Shown: piece by piece, positions 46,825 to 61,765 of the stretch | Layout: every line of letters begins with the position of its first letter | Position numbering within the stretch: position 1 is the first letter of the stretch | Assembly: GCA_002423545.1 (NCBI GenBank) | Contig: DIWP01000046.1 | Coordinates: 32,437 to 96,436 of the forward strand | Length of the DNA stretch: 64,000 nt | Source of the DNA: Thermoleophilia bacterium UBA6103 | GTDB taxonomy: Bacteria; Actinomycetota; Thermoleophilia; UBA2241 | Reading direction: 5' to 3' | Program-made: the position numbers and the translations under genes | The notes under the pieces: generated by a model | Told to the model about the DNA's origin: nothing | Seen by the model: the letters and a program-made list of their open reading frames with translations, nothing else | Databases searched by the model: none

Positions 46825-47745
46825 ATGAGGCAGGCAGGGAGCACGACCGGACATTCGCGGTGGTCCGCCGCCGCGGCGGCGCTCATCGTCGTGGCGTTGA
46901 CGCTCGTCATGGTGCTGGCGGCAGGGTGTGGGTCGGAGGCCGACGAGGGCGGCGGCGAGGCCGCGTCCGGCGGCCAGGTCAAAGCCGACCAGCTCATCCT
47001 TGCCACGACGACCAGCGTCAAGGACTCCGGGCTCATGGACGATCTGGTGCTGCCGGCGTTCAACGAGGCGCAGCCGCAGATCGAGGTGAAGCTCATCGCG
47101 GTCGGCTCCGGTGAGGCGATGGCGATGGGCGAGCGCGGCGAGGCCGATGTCCTGGTCGTCCACTCCCCGGCGGCCGAAGAGGAGTTCATGGCCCAGGACT
47201 ACGGCACCCTGAGGCTCCCCGTGGCGCGCAACTACTTCGCCATCGTGGGGCCTGCTGACGATCCCGCCGGTGTCGGCGGCACCGATTCGGCGACCGCTGC
47301 CATGAAGGCGATCGCCGACTCCGAGTCGTTGTTCGTCTCCCGCGGCGACGACTCCGGGACCAACACAAAGGAGCTGGGCCTGTGGGAGGCGGCCGGTGTG
47401 GAGCCGTCCGGCGACTCGTACATCGAGACCGGCCAGGGCATGGGTGAGACGCTGCGCATCACCAACGAGAAGCAGGGTTACACGCTGACCGACCTCGGCA
47501 CGTATCTCTCCATGAAGGACGACCTCGACCTGGTGGTCCTCACGAAGGAGAGCGACGACCTGGCGAACTACTACAGCGTCATCATCGTCAACCAGAACCT
47601 GCACCCGACGGTCAACGCCGCCGGTGCGGAGCAGTTCGCCGATCTGCTCGTGAGCAGGCAGATCCAGGACGCGCTGGCCGACTACGGCAGGGCCGAGTTC
47701 GGCCAGCCGTTGTTCGCGCCGAACGCGAGCGCCCTGGGTCGATGA
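46825..47745 (+). CDS. tupA: Tungstate ABC transporter substrate-binding lipoprotein
   Basis: Lipobox LAAGC after a signal peptide. TupA/WtpA-like anion-binding motifs (ILATTTSVKDSGL, SRGDDSGTNTKE). Confidence 0.75.
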   Translation: MRQAGSTTGHSRWSAAAAALIVVALTLVMVLAAGCGSEADEGGGEAASGGQVKADQLILATTTSVKDSGLMDDLVLPAFNEAQPQIEVKLIAVGSGEAMAMGERGEADVLVVHSPAAEEEFMAQDYGTLRLPVARNYFAIVGPADDPAGVGGTDSATAAMKAIADSESLFVSRGDDSGTNTKELGLWEAAGVEPSGDSYIETGQGMGETLRITNEKQGYTLTDLGTYLSMKDDLDLVVLTKESDDLANYYSVIIVNQNLHPTVNAAGAEQFADLLVSRQIQDALADYGRAEFGQPLFAPNASALGR

Positions 47746-47905
47746 GCTGATCCGGCGAACGCGCGGGAGCCGCCGGTCACCCCCGATTGTCGGCGGCCTC
47801 GTGGCGGCCCGGGCTGTGCTGAGTCCGGGCCGCCCTCGCCGCGCAGAGCCTCTCCGGCATGGCGGTACGCCTGCCGGAGAGGCTCTGCGGTAGCATCAGC
47901 AGGCC

Positions 47906-48607
47906 ATGGAACTGATCCTCGAAGGCATCGTCGAAGCGTTCCGCCTCCTGTTCGGCGGCGATGCGGACGTCTACCAGATCATGCTGCGCTCGCTCTGGGT
48001 CTCGGGGCTGGCGCTGCTCGTCGCCAGCCTGATCGGCCTGCCGCTGGGCGTCACGCTGGGCCTCAGCGAGTTCCGCGGGCGACATCTCACGGTCGCCACG
48101 GTGAACGCCGGCATGGGGGTGCCGCCGGTGGTAGTAGGGCTCCTCGTCTCGCTGCTGCTGTCCCGCAACGGCATGTTCGGCTTTCTTCGCCTGCTCTACA
48201 CGAACTGGGCGATGGTGGTGGCGCAGGTACTCATCGCCCTGCCGCTGGTCACCGGGCTGTCGCTGGCCGCAGTGCAGCAGCTCGACCCTGGCTTCCGCCT
48301 GCAGATCGTCGCCCTGGGCGCCGGCCGCCTGCAGGCGTTCTGGCTGCTGCTCAAGGAGATCTGGGTCACGCTCCTGGCGGCCGTGATGGCGGCTTTCGGC
48401 GGCATCATCTCCGAGGTCGGCGCGGTGATGATGGTGGGTGGCAACATCCGCGGCCAGACGCAGGTGCTCACCACCGGCGTCGTGGAGGAGACGCGTGCCG
48501 GCCGCTTCCCCACCGCCATCGCGCTGAGCATCATCCTGCTGCTGCTGGTCTTCGCTGCCAGCCTGGCGATGACGATCGTCCAGCAGCGGGGGCGGCGCCA
48601 TGCCTGA
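47906..48607 (+). CDS. tupB: Tungstate/anion ABC transporter permease
   Basis: Five to six TM helices with an EAA-like loop. Confidence 0.75.
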   Translation: MELILEGIVEAFRLLFGGDADVYQIMLRSLWVSGLALLVASLIGLPLGVTLGLSEFRGRHLTVATVNAGMGVPPVVVGLLVSLLLSRNGMFGFLRLLYTNWAMVVAQVLIALPLVTGLSLAAVQQLDPGFRLQIVALGAGRLQAFWLLLKEIWVTLLAAVMAAFGGIISEVGAVMMVGGNIRGQTQVLTTGVVEETRAGRFPTAIALSIILLLLVFAASLAMTIVQQRGRRHA

Positions 48608-49703
48608 CGGGCCGATCATCTCGGCCCGCGACCTGAGCGTCACCCTCGGCGGTTGCACGCTCGTGCACGCCGAGGCGTTCGATGTGCTCCCCGGTCGGAC
48701 GCACGTGGTGATGGGACCCAACGGCGCCGGCAAGAGCACGCTGCTGCGTGCCGTCGGCGGCCTGATCAAGGCCACCGGCACGCTGGAGCTGGCCGGCAAG
48801 CCGGTGTGCTCGGGACGCGATCGCGCCGTGCTGCGGCGCGCCACCGCCTCCGTGTTCCAGAAGCCCTACCTGCTCTCGACGACGGTCCTGGGCAACGTCG
48901 AGATCGGCCTGCGACTGCACGGCATCGGCGCCCGGGAGCGCGGCCGGCGGGCGCGCGCCGCGCTCGAACTGCTCGGCATCGAGCACCTGGCCGACCGCCG
49001 CCGCGACGGGCTCTCCGGCGGTGAGGCGCAGCGCGTCAGCATCGCTCGAGCCCTGGCGGTGGAGCCGCAGGTGCTCTTCCTCGACGAGCCGATGGCTTCG
49101 CTTGACCCGCCGACGCGGCGCTCCCTGATGACAGACCTCTTCGACGTGTTCTCCCAGCGTTCGGTCTCGGCGGTGTGGGTGACGCACGATCGCGAAGAGG
49201 CGGCGGCGGTCGCCGACCACGTGACCTTCCTCACCGACGGCCGTGTGCGGCAGCAGGGCACGGCCTCAGAGGTGTTCGGCCGGCCGCAGAGCGAGGAGGT
49301 CGCCGGGTTCCTCGGCATGGAGACGTCGTTCGAGGGAGTCATCGAGGCGCAGGACGGCGCCGTGTGCCTGGTGCTGGTCGACGGCACGACGCTTGTCGTC
49401 GGTGAGGCCGAGCCTGGACCGGCTCTCGCCTTCGTCTTCCCGGAGGACGTCGTACTGTTGCGTCACCTGCCGGAGTCCGGCGAGACCAGCCTGCGCAACT
49501 GCCTTGAGGGCCGCGTGGCCGGCGTCCGGTCCAGCGGCCGCCTGCGGCTGGTCGACATCGTGCGCGGCGACCTGCGCATCGTGGCCATGGTGACGCAGGC
49601 GGCGCTCGACGATCTGCAGCTGGGAGTCGGGGATGCCGTCGTGGCAGGCTTCAAGGCGTCGGCCGTGCACGTGCTGCCGCGGCATCATGGACACGCGTCC
49701 TGA
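48600..49703 (+). CDS. tupC: ABC transporter ATP-binding protein with C-terminal TOBE domain
   Basis: Walker A GPNGAGKST, signature LSGGEAQR, Walker B LFLDEP, plus a C-terminal Mo/W-binding TOBE-like domain. Confidence 0.75.
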   Translation: MPDGPIISARDLSVTLGGCTLVHAEAFDVLPGRTHVVMGPNGAGKSTLLRAVGGLIKATGTLELAGKPVCSGRDRAVLRRATASVFQKPYLLSTTVLGNVEIGLRLHGIGARERGRRARAALELLGIEHLADRRRDGLSGGEAQRVSIARALAVEPQVLFLDEPMASLDPPTRRSLMTDLFDVFSQRSVSAVWVTHDREEAAAVADHVTFLTDGRVRQQGTASEVFGRPQSEEVAGFLGMETSFEGVIEAQDGAVCLVLVDGTTLVVGEAEPGPALAFVFPEDVVLLRHLPESGETSLRNCLEGRVAGVRSSGRLRLVDIVRGDLRIVAMVTQAALDDLQLGVGDAVVAGFKASAVHVLPRHHGHAS

Positions 49704-51840
49704 GGGCCGGTCGATCGTCCTCCGGGGAAGGAGCGCGGTCGGCCGCTGAGACCATCACCACGGCAACGTCGTCGCTGAACGGGCCGCAGATGGTCTCGAT
49801 GCCGCGCAGGATCTTGAGGAGACCGGCCTCCGACAGGTTGTCCAGCTCGTATCCGCCGAGGATCTCGCGCAGTCGCTCTTCGCCGAAGCGTTCCGGCCTG
49901 CCGGGCGCGATGCGGCCCTCGATGAGGCCGTCGGTGTAGAAGACCAGGCTCCAGTCGGCGGGCAGACGCAGGGCTTCGGGCGGATCGAGCGGCAGGTCGG
50001 CGGCGCCGAGGGGAGGCTGTGCGCGGCTGACGATCGAAGCCACGTTCCCCCCCGCGCTCAGAAGTGGCGGCGGATGCCCGAGGTTGAGGAACGCCATCTC
50101 GGCGCGATCCGGATCGATCCAGGCCATGAACGATGTGGCGAACACCTCGGGCGCCGCCCGCTCACGCCGCATCACATCGTCGAGCGCGTGCGCGATGGTG
50201 ACGGGGTCGGCGCCGGCGACCACAAGCGCTTCCCAGCCGGAGCGCAGCGTCGCCCCCAGGGCGGCGGCATCGGGGCCGTGTCCGGACACGTCGCCGACGA
50301 GCACTGCCACGCCGGCGTCGCCGCGGTCGAGCACGTCGATGAAGTCGCCACCCAGCTCGAGGCGTTGTTCGCTGGGCTGGTAGACGCAGCGCACGAGCAG
50401 CCCCGGATGGTCCACCGGCAGGTTCGGCAGCAGGCTGCCGGCGAAGCGGCGATGCACGGACTCGGCGCGCTGTTGTTCCGCCAGCCGGCGGGTCTCGACG
50501 AGCGCCACCCCGACTTGATCGCAGAAACGCTGTACGAGCGCGAGCGTCCGTTTGCTCGGCTCGCGGCGCTCGGTCGACCAGCCGAGCACGAGCAGGCTGT
50601 CGGCCCGGCCCCCGACGCTGATCGGCGCCCGCAGCACCGTCCGCAGACCGAGCATGGCGTGCATGTCGCAGCCCTCTGCATCCCCGTCGGCGCCGCAGGT
50701 CGCGCTCCCGCAGTCGATCCCGCAGCGCACAAAGGTCGGGATACGTCGCGCGAGCTGCTCGGCCAGGGCGCCGTCGCGCGGGATGGGCAGCCACTGCCGG
50801 TGCAGGACCGGCGGCGCCGGCTCGACCGCCACCAGCCGCAGCGCCTCGTCGTCGACGTGGAACAGCATCGCGGCGTCGCAGTCGAACAGTCGCCGTGCAC
50901 CTTCACAGGCGACCGTCCCCACGTCACGCGGGTCGCCTTCTTCGTACAGCGACGGCGTCAGCTCCAGTAGCTGATCGAGCGCCCGGCTCATCGCTTCCTC
51001 CTCACGCTGGGCGGAGCGGGCGGCCTTCTCGCTGAGCTGCAGGTTCTGCACGGCCAGCGCGTGTGGCCGGGTCAGGGAGTCCTGCACGACCGCCTGGTAG
51101 ATCAGCATCGCGGAGAGCAGGAGGAACACGTGGCCCAGCAGGTTGGGCCACGTCAACGGACCTACGTAGAACGTGAACCACAACTCGGCGACGATGCGCG
51201 CCACGAGAGCGGCCGTGAGGTAGCGGAACGCGCCCCGTGCCAGCAAGTCGCGCTTGCGCCACAGCACGATGACGGCGGCCGCCAGGATGCCGCAGATGAC
51301 GTACTCGGCGACGATCTTGAACGTGGTCAGCCCGCGGCCATCGACAAACGCCGACGGGAAGACCCGCCACCAGTAGACGGCGGCGATGACCAGCCCGTCG
51401 AGGACGAGGTACGCCACGACGATGGGTGCCATGCGCAGGCGATGCCCGAGCACGAACGGTGCGATGAGGAACGAGACGCTCCCAACGAATGTGGCCGCCA
51501 GCCAGAGCTGGGTCGGAGGGTCCGACGATGGCGAGATGAGATCGAGGCCGGCGTAGTCGACGAGGTGGACGACGTGCAGCAGCGCCGTCGCCATGAGGGC
51601 CGTACCGAGGAAGACGGGGAAGTCGTCGTCGAGGAACTCGCGCAGCGTCCAGGCGATGATGAAGACGCAGAAGGCGACCGTGGCGTAGGCCAGCTCGACG
51701 AGCGAATGGAAGAGGTTGAACGAGACCAGGCTGGTCAGGACGAGGAGCACGAAGGCGAGGACAGCCACGGCGGCCGCGACACCACCATCGTAGGCGAGCC
51801 GCCCGGGTCCCCGCCGTTGTGTACCGACGGCCGTCTGCAT
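49651..51840 (-). CDS. Membrane sensor (multi-TM) - GAF - PP2C (SpoIIE/RsbU-type) serine/threonine phosphatase
   Basis: Start by aa index (MQTAVG…). Seven to eight TM helices, a GAF-like domain containing a Cys cluster (CGIDCGSATCGADGDAEGCD), and a C-terminal PP2C (GGDFIDV…VLVGDVSGHG…FYTDGL). Confidence 0.75.
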   Translation of the reverse strand: MQTAVGTQRRGPGRLAYDGGVAAAVAVLAFVLLVLTSLVSFNLFHSLVELAYATVAFCVFIIAWTLREFLDDDFPVFLGTALMATALLHVVHLVDYAGLDLISPSSDPPTQLWLAATFVGSVSFLIAPFVLGHRLRMAPIVVAYLVLDGLVIAAVYWWRVFPSAFVDGRGLTTFKIVAEYVICGILAAAVIVLWRKRDLLARGAFRYLTAALVARIVAELWFTFYVGPLTWPNLLGHVFLLLSAMLIYQAVVQDSLTRPHALAVQNLQLSEKAARSAQREEEAMSRALDQLLELTPSLYEEGDPRDVGTVACEGARRLFDCDAAMLFHVDDEALRLVAVEPAPPVLHRQWLPIPRDGALAEQLARRIPTFVRCGIDCGSATCGADGDAEGCDMHAMLGLRTVLRAPISVGGRADSLLVLGWSTERREPSKRTLALVQRFCDQVGVALVETRRLAEQQRAESVHRRFAGSLLPNLPVDHPGLLVRCVYQPSEQRLELGGDFIDVLDRGDAGVAVLVGDVSGHGPDAAALGATLRSGWEALVVAGADPVTIAHALDDVMRRERAAPEVFATSFMAWIDPDRAEMAFLNLGHPPPLLSAGGNVASIVSRAQPPLGAADLPLDPPEALRLPADWSLVFYTDGLIEGRIAPGRPERFGEERLREILGGYELDNLSEAGLLKILRGIETICGPFSDDVAVVMVSAADRAPSPEDDRPALRTRVHDAAAARARPTP

Positions 51841-51889
51841 GCTTGCGATGCTAGCACGGAAGCGCCGTTCGGCTACTATCGTGTGAGCC

Positions 51890-52783
51890 ATGCAACGGCA
51901 CCGTACAGCCTTGAGATCGTCGGCGGCCTTCGCGCCGCTGCTCGTGATCGTCATCGCGCTCTCCATGCAGACCGGCTCGGCGCTGGCGGTGAGCGTCATC
52001 GGCGCGGTCGGCATCGTCGAGGCGCTGTGGCTGCGCACCGTCATCGCCGCCGTGATCCTGGTGGCCGTGCGGCCGCGCTCGCTGCGCCTGCCCGCCCGTG
52101 GCGAGCGACTGCCGGTGCTGCTGGTCACCTTCTCGCTGTTCGCGATGAATCTGAGCTTCTACGCGGCGCTTGCGTATGCGCCGCTCGGCGTGGTGGTCGC
52201 GATCGAGTTCCTGGGGCCGCTGGCGGTGGCGGTCGTCGGATCGCGGCGACCGCTCGACTTCCTCTGGATCGCCTTGGCGGCCGGCGGCGTGGTATTGCTC
52301 GCCGGACCCACCGGATCGGTCGGCACGCTGGGAGTGCTGCTGTCGCTGTCGGCGGCGCTGTGGTGGGCGCTGTACCTGGTGTTCGGCCGTCGCGCCGTGC
52401 GCTCGCTCGATCCGCTGCAGGTGACCACGCTCATGCTGGTGGGCTCGTCGGTCCTGCTGTCGCCAATACTGGCGGTGACGGGGTTCACGACGGCCGGTTT
52501 TCCGGAGGCCTTTCTGCTGGGGGCGGCGGTGGCCGTGCTCTCGTCGGCGTTCCCGTACTTCCTGGAGCTGCTGGCGCTGCGACTGGTGCGTGCGCACACG
52601 TACAGCGTGCTGCTGAGCCTGGAGCCGGCGATCGCGGCGCTCACCGGCTTCCTGGTGGTGGGCCAGCGGCTGTCGAGTGTCGAGCTGGCGGCTATCGGCG
52701 CCGTGGTAGTGGCGGCTGCCGGTGCGAGCTGGTTCGCGCGCGCTGACGCGACTGTGCCGGAGGAGATACCCGCGGCGCCCTGA
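51890..52783 (+). CDS. EamA/DMT-family transporter
   Basis: 10-TM duplicated EamA topology. Confidence 0.65.
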   Translation: MQRHRTALRSSAAFAPLLVIVIALSMQTGSALAVSVIGAVGIVEALWLRTVIAAVILVAVRPRSLRLPARGERLPVLLVTFSLFAMNLSFYAALAYAPLGVVVAIEFLGPLAVAVVGSRRPLDFLWIALAAGGVVLLAGPTGSVGTLGVLLSLSAALWWALYLVFGRRAVRSLDPLQVTTLMLVGSSVLLSPILAVTGFTTAGFPEAFLLGAAVAVLSSAFPYFLELLALRLVRAHTYSVLLSLEPAIAALTGFLVVGQRLSSVELAAIGAVVVAAAGASWFARADATVPEEIPAAP

Positions 52784-52810
52784 CGTGGTCCGCGCACGCG
52801 CCGGCGTCTC

Positions 52811-53233
52811 TCATGCGGCCGGCACGACGGTGAAGCCCTGCTGCTCGAAGTGCTCATCGAGGGCGAAGGCCGTGACGACGCCGAGCCTGCGCATGACGAC
52901 GAAGCTGACGCAATCGACCCAGGAGAGACGCCGCCGCCGCTCGGCAAGCAGGACCGCCAGGCCGGCGTCGTGATCGCCGTCGGAGACCCAGTGGATGGTG
53001 ATCGCCGGCAGCATGTCGGTCACGAAGCGTTGCAGCGTGGTGAGCCCGAACCGCCGCTGCACCACGGCGGCGGTCTCGAGGACGACGTAGTTGGTGCTCA
53101 GGAAGGCGCCGCTAGTCAGCAGTCCGTGGCGCCACACGGCCAGGGTCGCCGCATGACGATCGTCGTCGGCGTCGATCAGCGCGATGAGCGCGGACGTGTC
53201 GACGAACGCGGGACCGCCGAAAGTCGCGGTCAT
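52811..53233 (-). CDS. vapC: PIN-domain toxin VapC (second module)
   Basis: FVDTSALIALIDADD…NYVVLE…VDCVSFVVMRRLGVVTAFALDEHF. Confidence 0.7.
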   Translation of the reverse strand: MTATFGGPAFVDTSALIALIDADDDRHAATLAVWRHGLLTSGAFLSTNYVVLETAAVVQRRFGLTTLQRFVTDMLPAITIHWVSDGDHDAGLAVLLAERRRRLSWVDCVSFVVMRRLGVVTAFALDEHFEQQGFTVVPAA

Positions 53234-53523
53234 CGCTCGTCACCGTTCAGCGCTGCGTCGGCGAAGTAGTCGTCGTGGCGGCGAGAGACGTCGCCGCTGC
53301 CCGAGCGAGCGCAGCCGGCGGCCGCGATGGCGCGTGCAACGGTGTCTTCTCGGGACGGCCGGCCGCGCCGGGAAAGGTGCTCGTCGATGGCCTCGCGTAT
53401 CACGGCTGCCATCGAGACGCCCCGCTCGTCGGCCCATCGCTTCAGTTCGTCTGCCTGTCGCGCTGTCAGCTGGATCTGGGTGCGGATCACAGCGGGCCTC
53501 CAGTGTGTAATCACATCGATCAT
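53230..53523 (-). CDS. RHH/CopG-type antitoxin (VapB-like), 4-nt overlap with vapC
   Basis: IQLTARQADELKRWADERGVSMAAVIREAIDEHL. The start is uncertain. Confidence 0.55.
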   Translation of the reverse strand: MIDVITHWRPAVIRTQIQLTARQADELKRWADERGVSMAAVIREAIDEHLSRRGRPSREDTVARAIAAAGCARSGSGDVSRRHDDYFADAALNGDER

Positions 53524-53792
53524 AACGATAACAATCCCGAAGGGGTCGGTGGCGGTCGCTCCCGTTGCGCGTACCTGTGTGAGGGGCCTGAGAACACTCC
53601 GTGTGCCGCGTCCCTTGAGCGCAGGCGCGGCACCGGCAGTAGTCGAGAGTGACGATGGCTCGGCGAGGGTGACAATGGTTGCCTCCGGCGCAGGTGACGA
53701 GTCATCGTGCGACGCTCAAGTGTGCTCAGGTCGCACCCGATAGGTGATTCGAGACCACGCAGGGGCACTTTGACGCTGACGCACGAGGTGAC

Positions 53793-58658
<4,866 letters not shown>

Positions 58659-58732
58659 CGACAGAACCTGCGAGCCGCACGCCCGGCCCGCAGGTTGCCA
58701 ACCGAGCCGCCCGTTCTATTCAGGATTCGCCC

Positions 58733-60703
58733 ATGCATGATCGCCCTCCCTTCCAGCACGCCGAACTCGACTGGGACGAAAACGGCCTACCGCAATCGCG
58801 CCGCTACGGCGACGTGTACTTCTCCCGCGCCTCGGGCCTGGCGGAAACCGAGCACGTGTTCCTCGCCCAGAACGCGCTGGCGCAGCGCTTCGCCGCGCTG
58901 CAGCCGGGGCAACGGCTGGTGATCGGCGAAACCGGCTTCGGCACCGGCCTGAACTTCCTCTGCGCCTGGCAGCTGTTCGAGCGCGTTGCCGATGCGCGGG
59001 CGCAACTGCATTTCGTCAGCGTCGAGAAGCACCCCCTGACCCGCGAGGATCTCGCGCGGGCACTGGCGCTCTGGCCGGAACTGCAACCCCTGGCCGAACA
59101 GTTGCTGGAGCAGTACGTCGCGCTGCACCCGGGCTTTCAGCGCCTGCTTTTCGCCGACGGCCGGGTGGTGCTGACGCTGCTGGTCGGCGACGTGCTGGAC
59201 TCCCTGCCGAGCCTCGATGCGACCATCGATGCCTGGTTCCTCGACGGCTTCGCTCCGGCGAAGAACCCGGACATGTGGCAGCCGGCGCTGTTCGCCGAAC
59301 TGGCGCGGCTCTCGGCGCCGGGCGCAACCCTGGGCACCTTCACCAGCGCCGGCTTCGTGCGCCGCGGGCTGGCCGAGGCCGGCTTCGACATGCAGCGGGT
59401 AGCGGGCTTCGGCCACAAGCGGGAAATCCTCCGCGGCCGCTTCGTTGGCGAGCCCCGCAGCGAGGTCAAGCCCTGGTACGCCCGCCCGACCTTCGTGGCC
59501 CCGGCACGCCGCGCGCTGGTGATCGGCGCCGGCCTCGCCGGCTGTGCCACGGCGGCCTCCCTGGCCGCACGGGGCTGGCAGGTCACCCTGCTCGAACGCC
59601 AGGCCGAAGCGGCCCAGGAGGGTTCGGGCAACCCGCAGGGCGTGCTCTATCTCAAGCTCTCGGCCCACGGCACGGCGCTGTCGCGGCTGGTCGTCAGCGG
59701 TTTCGGCCATACCCGGCGCCTGCTCCAGCATCTGCAGCAGGGCCGCGACTGGCAGGCCTGCGGCGTGCTGCAGATCGCCTACGACGACAAGGAGCGGCAA
59801 CGCCAGGCCGAACTGGCCGATGCCTTCCCGGCCGCCCTGGTGCATCCACTGGCGCGGGAGCAGGCCGAAGCCCTGGCGGGCGTCGCCCTGCCCGAGGGCG
59901 GCCTGTTCTATCCCGAAGCCGGCTGGGCACATCCGCCGGCGCTCTGTCGCTGGCTGCTGCAACGGCCGGGCATCGAACTGCTGCAGCACCATGAAGCCCT
60001 CGAACTGCGCCGCGACGGCGACCACTGGCAGGCCATGGCCGGCGAGCGGCTGCTGGCCCAGGCGCCAGTGGTGGTCCTGGCGGGCGCCGCCGATGCGGCC
60101 CGCTTCGAGCACAGCGCCTGGCTGCCGCTCAAGCGCATCCGCGGGCAGATCTCCTGCCTGCCGGCGACCCCGGCCAGCGCCGCGCTGCGCACCGTGCTCT
60201 GCGCCAAGGGCTACGTCGCCCCGCCGCGCGATGGCAGCCATACCCTCGGCGCCAGCTTCAACTTCCAGCAGACCGACAGCGCCCCCAGCGTGGCCGAGCA
60301 CCAGGCCAACCTGGACATGCTCGAAGACATCTCCAGCGATCTCTATCGACGCCTGCAGGCCGACCCGCAACATACCGAGGCCCTGCAGGGGCGCGTGGCG
60401 TTCCGCTGCACCAGCCCGGACTACCTGCCGCTGATCGGCCCGCTGGCCGACCCGCAGCGCTTCGCCGAAACCTATGCGGCGCTGGGCAAGAATGCCCGAC
60501 AGACGCCACAGGCCGCCTGTCCCTGGCTGGACGGGCTCTACGTCAATACCGCGCACGGCTCGCGGGGCATGATCAGCGCACCGCTGTCCGGCGAATTGCT
60601 GGCCGGCTGGCTGGATGGCGAACCCTTGCCACTGCCGCGCGACGTCGCCGAAGCGTGCCACCCCAACCGTTTCCTGCTGCGCAAACTGATCCGCGGTAGC
60701 TGA
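58733..60703 (+). CDS. mnmC: Bifunctional tRNA 5-methylaminomethyl-2-thiouridine biosynthesis protein MnmC (methyltransferase + FAD oxidoreductase)
   Basis: N-terminal MnmC methyltransferase domain (DVYFSRASGLAETEHVFL…IGETGFGTGLNFL…DAWFLDGFAPAKNPDMW) and a C-terminal DAO-like FAD domain (ALVIGAGLAGCATAASLAARGWQVTLLE). Confidence 0.85.
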   Translation: MHDRPPFQHAELDWDENGLPQSRRYGDVYFSRASGLAETEHVFLAQNALAQRFAALQPGQRLVIGETGFGTGLNFLCAWQLFERVADARAQLHFVSVEKHPLTREDLARALALWPELQPLAEQLLEQYVALHPGFQRLLFADGRVVLTLLVGDVLDSLPSLDATIDAWFLDGFAPAKNPDMWQPALFAELARLSAPGATLGTFTSAGFVRRGLAEAGFDMQRVAGFGHKREILRGRFVGEPRSEVKPWYARPTFVAPARRALVIGAGLAGCATAASLAARGWQVTLLERQAEAAQEGSGNPQGVLYLKLSAHGTALSRLVVSGFGHTRRLLQHLQQGRDWQACGVLQIAYDDKERQRQAELADAFPAALVHPLAREQAEALAGVALPEGGLFYPEAGWAHPPALCRWLLQRPGIELLQHHEALELRRDGDHWQAMAGERLLAQAPVVVLAGAADAARFEHSAWLPLKRIRGQISCLPATPASAALRTVLCAKGYVAPPRDGSHTLGASFNFQQTDSAPSVAEHQANLDMLEDISSDLYRRLQADPQHTEALQGRVAFRCTSPDYLPLIGPLADPQRFAETYAALGKNARQTPQAACPWLDGLYVNTAHGSRGMISAPLSGELLAGWLDGEPLPLPRDVAEACHPNRFLLRKLIRGS

Positions 60704-60742
60704 GCGAACGCCCCGCCCGCGCCACGCCACGAGGCCAGCGGC

Positions 60743-60773
60743 TTGCATCGGGCTCCGCCAGAAGCGATATACT
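60743..60773 (+). promoter_or_regulatory. Candidate sigma-70 promoter (TTGCAT-N17-GATATA) upstream of the DUF3365 gene
   Basis: Hexamers and spacing were read from the sequence. The stretch is AT-richer than the rest of the window. Confidence 0.3.
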
Positions 60774-60806
60774 CCCCCCACTATATTTCCAGCCTGCGGA
60801 GACCCC

Positions 60807-61364
60807 ATGAAAGCCCTGTCCCTGATCGCCTTAGCCACGCTCGCATGCGGCGTGCACGCCGCACCGATGCCCGACACCGAACAACTGCGCAGCGAAGCCG
60901 CCAGCCTGATTCCCGCCTTCCAGCAGCAGTTGCTGGGCACGGTCAAGCAAGCGATGGCCGACGGCGGTCCGAGCAAGGCCGTGGAAGCCTGCCAGTTGCT
61001 GGCACCGGGCATCGCCGAGCAGCACAGCAAGGCGCCGTGGCAGGTCGGCCGCACCGCACTCAAGATCCGTAATCCGGACAACGCCCCCGACGCCTGGGAG
61101 CGCCAGGTCCTCGAGCAGTTCGCCAGGCGCGCTGCCGCCGGCGAGCCGCTCGAAACACTCGCCCACGGCGAAATCGTCGGCGGCGAATACCGCTACATGA
61201 AGGCGATCGGCACCGCCGAGGCCTGCCTGGGCTGCCATGGCGAAAACATCAAGCCCGAGCTGCTCGGCTTGCTCGACCAGCATTATCCGCAGGACCAGGC
61301 CCGCGGTTTCCGCGAAGGCGAGCTGCGCGGTGCATTCACCCTCAGCCGTACCCTGGCGCCCTGA
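60807..61364 (+). CDS. Secreted DUF3365 (Tll0287-like) protein
   Basis: Signal peptide MKALSLIALATLACGVHA. The body has YRYMKAIGTAEACLGCHG, typical of DUF3365. The family assignment is from memory. Confidence 0.6.
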   Translation: MKALSLIALATLACGVHAAPMPDTEQLRSEAASLIPAFQQQLLGTVKQAMADGGPSKAVEACQLLAPGIAEQHSKAPWQVGRTALKIRNPDNAPDAWERQVLEQFARRAAAGEPLETLAHGEIVGGEYRYMKAIGTAEACLGCHGENIKPELLGLLDQHYPQDQARGFREGELRGAFTLSRTLAP

Positions 61365-61443
61365 TCGCGTTTACACTCCGTGCGGCGGGCCCTGCCCGCC
61401 AATCGTTCGCCATCACGGGGCCACCTCCGTGATCCGGGTCTAA

Positions 61444-61657
61444 CAGGCTGTTGAAAAACGCAGGCGAGGCAGCCAGCGCAAGGCGCAACGACCAACGGGA
61501 GTAACAGCCGAAGGCTGGCCCGAAGGGTGAGCGTCAGCGAATCAAACAGGCGAAAAAGCGCAGTTTACGAGCGGTAAATGAGCATTTTGATCGGACTCGC
61601 GCACGAGCCTGTTTTTAACGCCGCGATGGCAACGCAGGTAGTTTTTCAACAGCCTGC
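61444..61657. repeat. Non-coding element bounded by a 15-bp perfect inverted repeat (CAGGCTGTTGAAAAA … TTTTTCAACAGCCTG) enclosing about 185 nt
   Basis: Seen directly in the 400-nt gap between the DUF3365 and TauE genes. No ORF with coding character lies inside. Confidence 0.35.
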
Positions 61658-61765
61658 TAACCCGCCTGGGAGGACGATCCAGCCCTCGACGGAGTACAGC
61701 ATGCGCCTCGCCTCTTCTTTGAGCCTCCCCGCCGGCAGCGACTACGGATCGCCAGGCAGGCGCTG

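Noticed and set aside
58660-58700. Hairpin ACCTGCG…CGCAGGT after the kinase stop as a terminator
   Set aside because: Stem of only 7 bp with a 16-nt loop and no U-tract. Too weak to call.
58787-61081. 764-aa ORF on the minus strand
   Set aside because: Antisense to mnmC and the DUF3365 gene. No domain signature.
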